DNA from: an uncultured Gammaproteobacteria bacterium
Lineage (GTDB): Bacteria > Patescibacteriota > Microgenomatia > Daviesbacterales > UBA10151
DNA: 64,000 nt
NCBI GenBank assembly: GCA_964547465.1
Contig: CAZJNI010000006.1
Location: forward strand, 2,505-66,504
Direction of reading: 5' to 3'
In this document: piece by piece, positions 55,840-64,000 of the stretch
How positions within the stretch are numbered: position 1 is the first letter of the stretch
Layout of the letters: each line of letters starts with the position of its first letter
Made by a program: the position numbers and the translations under genes
Notes under the pieces: generated by a model
Told to the model about the DNA's origin: nothing
Databases searched by the model: none
The model's input: the letters and a program-made list of their open reading frames with translations, nothing else

Positions 55840-56730
55840 TCAGATAACACTTAATCCTGCTATATAAATTTCAGCTCTTTTTCCTTTTCCAAGAATTGAA
55901 AATGCAACTACCCTTAAAATAAGCCCTAAAATTAAAAATATTTTAACCGGTAAATAAAAAATAGGGTAGTGTTTTTGAAGATAATATTTAACTCCTTTTA
56001 ATTCATTTAGAAAGGAGGAGCTTAAATCAAAATTAGTGGAAGCGCCATGAAGGTGGATAACCTCAATTTGAGGCACATACCAAACTTTAAAACCGCTATC
56101 AGAAATTCTTTTACACCACTCAATTTCTTCCATATGCATAAATAAATTCTCATCAAAGCCTGTTGTTTTATCAAAAATTTCTTTCTTAAAAGCAAAGAAT
56201 GCTCCCATAACCCAACCTACTTCGTGGGCTTTAGAAAAAAAACTCTTATTTTTAGGATGAAAGGCTGGGGACAAGAAACCTAAACCCAAAATCCAAAAAA
56301 TAATATTAAACGGATTAGGTAGGTTACCTGCTGATGGCTGCAGCTTACCCGTGACATAATTTAATCTTGCCCCCAACAAATCACAGTTTTTATTAACCCG
56401 AAAGTAAGCTAAAGCTTTATATAAAGATTCTTCCGGAAGATAAACATCTGAATTTAAAAGCAAAATATATGGATATTTAGATTGTTTCATAGCTATGTTG
56501 TTGCCTTTGGAAAAACCGGTGTTTTCCTTAGATGCAATGAGTTTCACCCAGGGGAAATCTTGTCTTATCATCCCCAAAGAGCCATCAGATGAGGCATTAT
56601 CCAAGACAATCACCTCAATTTTATTCCCCATTTTTTTCTCACAATAATCTTTAGCTAACTTCAGTTTTTCCAAACATCTTTTAGTAATATCTTTTGTGTT
56701 GTAGCTTAAAATAATTATCGAGAGATCCAA
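55840..56730 (-). CDS. GT2 glycosyltransferase
   Basis: LDNASSDG, GFSKGNN, LLNSD and MEEIEW. Confidence 0.92.
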   Translation of the reverse strand: MDLSIIILSYNTKDITKRCLEKLKLAKDYCEKKMGNKIEVIVLDNASSDGSLGMIRQDFPWVKLIASKENTGFSKGNNIAMKQSKYPYILLLNSDVYLPEESLYKALAYFRVNKNCDLLGARLNYVTGKLQPSAGNLPNPFNIIFWILGLGFLSPAFHPKNKSFFSKAHEVGWVMGAFFAFKKEIFDKTTGFDENLFMHMEEIEWCKRISDSGFKVWYVPQIEVIHLHGASTNFDLSSSFLNELKGVKYYLQKHYPIFYLPVKIFLILGLILRVVAFSILGKGKRAEIYIAGLSVI

Positions 56731-57626
56731 AGTTTTGCCTTTCTGTAATGCTCTAACATTTTAATCCCGGCTAAAATAAAATCCCGAATTATTGGAGGGT
56801 ATTTATTATAAAAGTGTTTTTTATAAAAGATTCTCATGGCAGAGGCCCCATGAGTTATGGTTTTTGATTTTGCTTTACCTGCAGATGAACCTTTATAGTG
56901 AATTATTTTCTCATCAGGATAAAAGAAAATTTTCCAGCCTTTCAGCTTTAGGGAATAACAAAATTCTATATCTTCACCGTTCCAAAAATAATCCGTGTCC
57001 CACCAGCTTATTGCATCCCCGGCAATTTTTCTGACCATTAAAAAAGCCCCTGTTAAACAATCTATTTCATGAGTTTTGCTAATGTCTAAATAAGACGCTG
57101 TATATCCAGAAAAAAGGGGAACATGAGGGAATAATTTTGATAAACCAGAAAAATAACAGAAAGAATTCCAAGGGGTAGGGAAACCTCTATGACATGAGTA
57201 ATCCAACTTTCCATCTGGTAATTCTACTCTACAGGTAATCGCGCCAATGTCAGGATTAGACATAAGAAACTTAAGTGACTTACTTATGGCATCGTTCACC
57301 ACCGCAGTATCCGGGTTTAAGAATAAGACAACAGGAGCTTTGGCTTTCTTTACCCCCACATTATTGCCGCCGGAAAAGCCTAGATTTGATTTGTTTTCCA
57401 CCAGCTCTACAACACCGTCATTGCGAGGAGTCTTCGACGAAGCAATCTTATACTTCTTCCTAACTGCTTCCACTGACCCATCTTCAGATGCATTATCCAC
57501 CACAATAACATGGTACTTATAACTTGGTACTTGGGACTTAAAAACTGACACTAAACAATTTAAAAGTAGTTCCTTAACATTGTAGTTAAGAATAATAATA
57601 GAAAGATCAGGATTTGAATCAACCAT
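56715..57626 (-). CDS. GT2 glycosyltransferase (WbbL-like)
   Basis: VDNASEDG, GFSGGNN, LNPD, GAFL and GEDIE. Confidence 0.92.
   Translation of the reverse strand: MVDSNPDLSIIILNYNVKELLLNCLVSVFKSQVPSYKYHVIVVDNASEDGSVEAVRKKYKIASSKTPRNDGVVELVENKSNLGFSGGNNVGVKKAKAPVVLFLNPDTAVVNDAISKSLKFLMSNPDIGAITCRVELPDGKLDYSCHRGFPTPWNSFCYFSGLSKLFPHVPLFSGYTASYLDISKTHEIDCLTGAFLMVRKIAGDAISWWDTDYFWNGEDIEFCYSLKLKGWKIFFYPDEKIIHYKGSSAGKAKSKTITHGASAMRIFYKKHFYNKYPPIIRDFILAGIKMLEHYRKAKLWISR
57415..57448. repeat. half GTCATTGCG element, in frame
   Basis: ccgtcattgcgaggagtcttcgacgaagcaatct; encodes KIASSKTPRNDG on the minus strand. Confidence 0.85.
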
Positions 57627-57717
57627 GTAATAAATTGTATAAGAAAGGCGAGTTAATTACCAATTTGAATTTAAATAATTTGACTTTAATATAGACAAAT
57701 AATAACATCTTAAATCC

Positions 57718-58308
57718 ATGAGCAGAGAATTTTTAATCAGTGAGAAAACACCAAATAGGATATTAGCTACTGCTAACTGGATTAAGTACCCTGTTAAAGG
57801 AAGAATTGCTAAAGATATATTTACCAACGCTATTGAGCTGGCACCAACAATTGATGAAAAGGCTGTTTTAAATTGTCTGGTTCACTATCGTAGAGGAAGC
57901 ACTAGAAAAGAGACTGGAATACCTGCGCTGGCGTATTCTGTTGCATCAACAATCGGTTCAACCGCAGCAAAAATGAGCTGGGATATGCATTCTCCAGAAG
58001 TCGTATACATGAGTGGTTATCATATTTTATGGGCCACTGGGGAAAATATAAAGAATTTAGAATCCAGAGGTAAAACTGACACCCCGGAATATAAAGTAAT
58101 CAAAATCTGCAGAGAAGATCTAGGTGAAGCTGTTTTTGAATATGTGGATAGATATTTATCTACTACTGAAGATTTATTAGAGATTTTAAGAGCTCTAATA
58201 TATCCTAGGCACAGCAACATAAAAAATAGAATACCTACTATACACAAATACTTGGGACTCGGGGATATAGATAGAGCTCTAACAATTTTACATGGCGCTA
58301 ATCCGTAA
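57718..58308 (+). CDS. hypothetical protein
   Basis: 196-aa ORF, no recognisable motif. Confidence 0.55.
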   Translation: MSREFLISEKTPNRILATANWIKYPVKGRIAKDIFTNAIELAPTIDEKAVLNCLVHYRRGSTRKETGIPALAYSVASTIGSTAAKMSWDMHSPEVVYMSGYHILWATGENIKNLESRGKTDTPEYKVIKICREDLGEAVFEYVDRYLSTTEDLLEILRALIYPRHSNIKNRIPTIHKYLGLGDIDRALTILHGANP

Positions 58309-58332
58309 TTTATACAAAAAAGGTTGGATAAA

Positions 58333-58740
58333 TTATCTGACTTTGTGTCTTCTTTTAATACGTAGTTGTGCCAGGGATTTTTCTAAGTTTGCCAAAGTTT
58401 CTGCATATTCTTCATCTGACAGCGTTTGAGATAAAGCTGCCTCTGCCCGCTTTTTAGCTTCCTCAACAGCCCGTTCATCTATATCTGTTTCATTCACAGC
58501 TAAATCTGTCATCACAGTCAAAACGTTCCCAGAAACTTGCAAAAATCCATCTCCCACAGCCAAAGTATCTTCTTTCCCACCTTTTTTTATAACCAGTTCT
58601 CCTGGTTCTAGCTTTGCCATTAAATTTGCATGATTAGGGAGAATTCCTAAAATTCCCTGTTCTGTGGACACATTAACTTGAGATACCTCCTCATCAAAAA
58701 GCAGTTTTTCCGGAGTAACAATTTTTAAATGAAGTGACAT
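58333..58740 (-). CDS. atpC: ATP synthase F1 epsilon subunit
   Basis: LKIVTPE, G.LGILPNH and GFLQV. Confidence 0.95.
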   Translation of the reverse strand: MSLHLKIVTPEKLLFDEEVSQVNVSTEQGILGILPNHANLMAKLEPGELVIKKGGKEDTLAVGDGFLQVSGNVLTVMTDLAVNETDIDERAVEEAKKRAEAALSQTLSDEEYAETLANLEKSLAQLRIKRRHKVR

Positions 58741-58764
58741 GGTGATATTGTATAATATCCTACT

Positions 58765-59127
58765 ATGGATCACAAAGCAGATGCAATTGTTATAACCTGT
58801 ATTGATTTCAGGTTCCAGGAATATATTAACAACTGGCTTAATAAAAATTTTAAACCTAAAACTTATGATCGGGGAGCTTTTGCCGGAGCGGCTAAAAGTT
58901 TAGATACGATTCTTACACAAATTGAGCTAGCTTATAGATTACATCATGTAAAAAAGGCTATTATTATAAACCATGAAGATTGCGGAGCTTATGGGAAAGA
59001 GGAAACTGTTGATCACCATATCAGAGATTTAAGGCAAGTAAAAAAGCATATTCTGGAAAAATTCCCAAATTTGGAAGTAGAAACATATTACCTTCATCTT
59101 GATGGCGCCTTTGAATCTATTGTCTAA
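58765..59127 (+). CDS. beta-class carbonic anhydrase-like protein
   Basis: CIDFR and HEDCG zinc-ligand motifs. Confidence 0.85.
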   Translation: MDHKADAIVITCIDFRFQEYINNWLNKNFKPKTYDRGAFAGAAKSLDTILTQIELAYRLHHVKKAIIINHEDCGAYGKEETVDHHIRDLRQVKKHILEKFPNLEVETYYLHLDGAFESIV

Positions 59128-59148
59128 TAGGGGTATAATACGCATATT

Positions 59149-59595
59149 ATGAGCGAAAAGGATTTAATCATTCCCCAACGTCCGGCAGCCGAACCTCCTA
59201 CAAAACCCGCTGGGGCTATAAAAAATAAGTTGTTAAGCATTTTATCTGATAATCCCGATCAATATGAACCTGCTTTAGCAGCTTATGCTGTGGCACCAGA
59301 AGTAAAGGGAGATACTTTACTAGATGCAACTCCAAATAATGGTGATATAGGTAAGATGGAAGAGATAGAAGGACCATTACCAGCTCATTTTGAAAATATC
59401 CTAAGACCATTTAAAAGAGGGAACGAGTATTTCTTAAGACGTCCTTTCCAAGGTGAACTAATTTATGTTGGTCCTAAACAGCCAAAAGTAGAACAACCAG
59501 TTCTACAAAATCAAAACCCAGTTTCCCAAACTGATCCTGAGCTAGCAAATAGTCCCTTCTTTGCAAGACTAACAGAAATTAAAAGAGGTGTTTAA
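59149..59595 (+). CDS. hypothetical protein
   Basis: 148-aa ORF with TATAAT upstream. Confidence 0.55.
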   Translation: MSEKDLIIPQRPAAEPPTKPAGAIKNKLLSILSDNPDQYEPALAAYAVAPEVKGDTLLDATPNNGDIGKMEEIEGPLPAHFENILRPFKRGNEYFLRRPFQGELIYVGPKQPKVEQPVLQNQNPVSQTDPELANSPFFARLTEIKRGV

Positions 59596-59596
59596 A

Positions 59597-59974
59597 ATGA
59601 CCAAAGAAGCGGAGCCAGTCTCACCTAGAGTTAAGAAGCTTGGGGCAATAGTTGCAGGTATTAGTGTAACCTGGAATCTAGTTGGATTTGTAATGGAGCA
59701 TAGGACTACTGAATTTTCTCCTATTCAATTACCCTTTTTTAGATCTTCAACTGTTTATGCAGTTTCTCCCACTCCCATAGCTTGTGAAAATGCTCCAACC
59801 ATGGAGTTTGCAGGTGCAAAAACCTATAGAGCTATAGATAGCATTATTTTTGATAATGGCAAAGGGAGTGTAAAATCTTCTGCTCCTGAAAACCCAAATT
59901 GTGTAGGAGATGTGCCTTTCAAAATAGGCGATTTTAATCCTTTAGAATTAAGGTATTTAATTTTCCACCCCTAA
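59597..59974 (+). CDS. single-TM hypothetical protein
   Basis: SD GAGGTG before ATG 59597; one TM helix and two Cys. Confidence 0.55.
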   Translation: MTKEAEPVSPRVKKLGAIVAGISVTWNLVGFVMEHRTTEFSPIQLPFFRSSTVYAVSPTPIACENAPTMEFAGAKTYRAIDSIIFDNGKGSVKSSAPENPNCVGDVPFKIGDFNPLELRYLIFHP

Positions 59975-59991
59975 AAGGGTAAACTCCCATT

Positions 59992-60375
59992 ATGAGAACT
60001 GTTAAACAAACCTATTTTATAAATGCGTCTATTGAAAAAGTCTGGCAGGCTTTGGTTGATCCAAAAATAATAGATGATTGGGGCGGGGGAGAAGCTAAAA
60101 TGAATTCGGAAGAAGGATTCGAGTTCTCTTTTTGGGGTGGAGATATTCATGGCAAAAATATAGAAGTTAAACCTGGCAAAAAATTAATTCAGGACTGGAT
60201 GTCAGGCGAGTGGGAAGAATATTCTAAAGTAACTTTTAATTTATCTGAAAAAGACGGAAAAACAAAGATAGATTTACTTCATGAAAATATTCCGGATAAA
60301 GAAGCAAAAGATATAGCAGATGGCTGGAAAAGATATTACCTGGGTCCTTTAAAGAAACTTCTGGAAAACAATTGA
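59992..60375 (+). CDS. SRPBCC/AHA1-like domain protein
   Basis: ASIEKVWQAL, FWGG, KLIQDW and GWKRYY. Confidence 0.88.
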   Translation: MRTVKQTYFINASIEKVWQALVDPKIIDDWGGGEAKMNSEEGFEFSFWGGDIHGKNIEVKPGKKLIQDWMSGEWEEYSKVTFNLSEKDGKTKIDLLHENIPDKEAKDIADGWKRYYLGPLKKLLENN

Positions 60376-60445
60376 AATATTAATCTAATTTGATATATAA
60401 AAGATATCTTGTTTTTCTTTGAAGAGAAAATTAATATTAATCCTT

Positions 60446-60799
60446 ATGGCTAATGACGATTTAAAGAGAATTAAAGAACTTTTAGAAGTGGTTACCAATA
60501 AAATTGGTAAGGTGGAAACGCATATTAGTTTACATTCTGCAACTTTACATTCAGTTAAAGATCAACAATCAGTTATGAATGAGAAATTGGACGGTTTGCA
60601 AGAGGATGTGCATGGCCTTGAAAAAGGTGTTAAGGAAATGAGTGAAAATGTTGATGCAGCTAGAGGTGATATAGAAAGCCTCCATATGGATGTAAAGGGA
60701 ATAAGAGATAAAGAAGGACTTTTTCACTCCAGAAACAAAAGGGAAATTGATGAAATCAAGACCCATCTTGGAATGCCTTTGATGCCAGATACTCCATAA
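60446..60799 (+). CDS. coiled-coil hypothetical protein
   Basis: Heptad pattern ending IKTHLG.P; ATG 60446 preferred over the track start. Confidence 0.6.
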   Translation: MANDDLKRIKELLEVVTNKIGKVETHISLHSATLHSVKDQQSVMNEKLDGLQEDVHGLEKGVKEMSENVDAARGDIESLHMDVKGIRDKEGLFHSRNKREIDEIKTHLGMPLMPDTP

Positions 60800-60812
60800 A
60801 CTAAATCCTCTT

Positions 60813-60868
60813 GATACATTCAGTTTACATGAACGTATCTTGATACAACTAGCTTACATAGTTGTATC
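60813..60868. repeat. tandem 27-bp hairpins with covarying stems
   Basis: GATACATTCA-GTTTACA-TGAACGTATC and GATACAACTA-GCTTACA-TAGTTGTATC, period 29. Confidence 0.75.
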
Positions 60869-60896
60869 TTGACTAAAAATCTCAAAAAGTGCTACA

Positions 60897-60942
60897 GTCC
60901 TGAGCACTTCGACTTCGCTCAGTGTGAACTCCGTCGAAGGGC
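60897..60942. repeat. REP-like nested palindrome
   Basis: gtcctgagcacttcgacttcgctcagtgtgaactccgtcgaagggc. Confidence 0.6.
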
Positions 60943-60991
60943 AGACTCCAAAAATTTGACTTTAGTCCTATAAAGTATATAATTCCTAATC

Positions 60992-63046
<2,055 letters not shown>

Positions 63047-63077
63047 CTCCTAACAGGCAGGTTATCCTTTCTTACCC

Positions 63078-63144
63078 GTCATTCCCGCGAAGGCGGGAAT
63101 CCATAAATAATTATTAATGGATCCCGTATCAAGTACGGGATGAC
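63078..63144. repeat. intergenic GTCATTCC...GGATGAC palindromic element, complete
   Basis: gtcattcccgcgaaggcgggaatcc-AT-rich loop-ggatcccgtatcaagtacgggatgac. Confidence 0.85.
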
Positions 63145-63151
63145 AATTGTA

Positions 63152-64000
63152 TCATTCCATTGCAGCTTGAGCGGTTGTGATCTCAAGCAACTCTCTAGTA
63201 ATATTTGCCTGTCTGGTCTGATTATAGCTAAGGTTTAAATCATCCACCAATTCCAGAGCATTATCCGTGGCATTTTGCATGGCAATCATCCTGGCAGAAT
63301 GCTCTGATGCTTTAGTTTCCAAAAGTGCCTGATAAATCTGTTCCTCAATATGATGGACTAACAGATAATCCAACAAAGCATCAGGAGCAGGTTCAAAGAG
63401 GAATTCAGCGTTTGTTACACCTCCGAGGTGTGAACCAGTCTTCTGCCCACTCTCACCTCGGAGGTAGGCGTCAGGGATGACAGATTGTAGATCTATTGGC
63501 AAAAGCTTAACCCTTTTTGGTTCTTGTCTTAAAGTGGACATAAAGTGAGGATAAACTAGGTATGCTTCTCCAATCTCTTTATTTTGGAAGGCTTCCATTA
63601 CCAACCTGGATAGTTGTTTAGCTTGTCTAAAAGTAACTGTATCCAGACTTTCGAAATCAGCTTTTAAATCCTTTCCAGTCCTGGCCACAAAGCTTCTGCC
63701 TTTTCTGCCTACTGTATAAAAATTTACGTTTACAAACCCGGTTTGTAGGTTCGAAACTGTTCTGATTAAATTTGTATTTAATGCTCCTACCAATCCTTTA
63801 TCCGTAGAAAGTAATACTATTCCCATTTTCCCGTCATTGCGAGTCCGCCCATTGGCGGGAGTAGCAATCTTATTTCCACCCAGCAGTGGATGAGCTTCCA
63901 CATCTACTGTAGGCAAAAGTCTCATCAATGCCTCTGACAAATTTTCCTGATATGGCCTGCCTGAGGTGGCCTGATTTTGGGCTCTTCTCATTTTGGTAGC
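63152..64000 (-). CDS. atpG: ATP synthase F1 gamma subunit, partial (start beyond the window)
   Basis: TDKGLVGALN, ASEHSARMIAMQNATDNA and RQANITRELLEI. Confidence 0.97.
   Translation of the reverse strand, partial: ATKMRRAQNQATSGRPYQENLSEALMRLLPTVDVEAHPLLGGNKIATPANGRTRNDGKMGIVLLSTDKGLVGALNTNLIRTVSNLQTGFVNVNFYTVGRKGRSFVARTGKDLKADFESLDTVTFRQAKQLSRLVMEAFQNKEIGEAYLVYPHFMSTLRQEPKRVKLLPIDLQSVIPDAYLRGESGQKTGSHLGGVTNAEFLFEPAPDALLDYLLVHHIEEQIYQALLETKASEHSARMIAMQNATDNALELVDDLNLSYNQTRQANITRELLEITTAQAAME
63417..63481. repeat. CACCTCSGAGGTG double palindrome with GGGATGAC end, in frame in atpG
   Basis: acacctccgaggtgt...cacctcggaggta..cgtcagggatgac; encodes VIPDAYLRGESGQKTGSHLGGV. Confidence 0.8.
63831..63870. 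repeat. half GTCATTGCG element in frame in atpG
   Basis: ccgtcattgcgagtccgcccattggcgggagtagcaatct; encodes KIATPANGRTRNDG. Confidence 0.85.

Noticed and set aside
60813-60868. dif/Xer site
   Set aside because: Geometry is 10-7-10 rather than 11-6-11 and there is no TTATGTTAAAT-like XerD arm.

Overview
AT-rich, gene-dense bacterial chromosome segment read with the standard code. Gene content and style suggest a Patescibacteria/CPR genome, Microgenomates-like (inference). Housekeeping content: typA, glmS, yvcK, murT-gatD, thrS-infC-rpmI-rplT, pheST, a class A PBP, three GT2 genes, atpG/atpD/atpC, 12 intact tRNA genes plus one tRNA half, a dinB locus, Fic, VapBC and a SIR2-like gene. No rRNA, CRISPR array, transposase or integrase was seen. 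Main observations: (1) a divergent biotin-dependent carboxylase locus (KAS III <- -> BirA, a BCCP-like protein with a non-canonical biotin motif, and a single-chain BC-CTbeta-CTalpha fusion), unexpected in a lineage generally lacking fatty-acid synthesis; (2) at least four families of short palindromic or heptameric repeats sitting in frame inside conserved genes (dinB, atpG, atpD, typA, murT, pheS, glmS, GT2s); (3) a tRNA-Gly-anchored array of single-gene modules separated by repeated junction sequences; (4) several tRNA-end duplications, including an HTH-LAGLIDADG-like gene whose stop codon abuts a tRNA-Val(CAC) 3' half; (5) an uncalled 48-aa basic ORF between rpmI and rplT; (6) an S41 protease carrying a J-domain-like insert. 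All calls come from reading motifs by eye and no database search was run.
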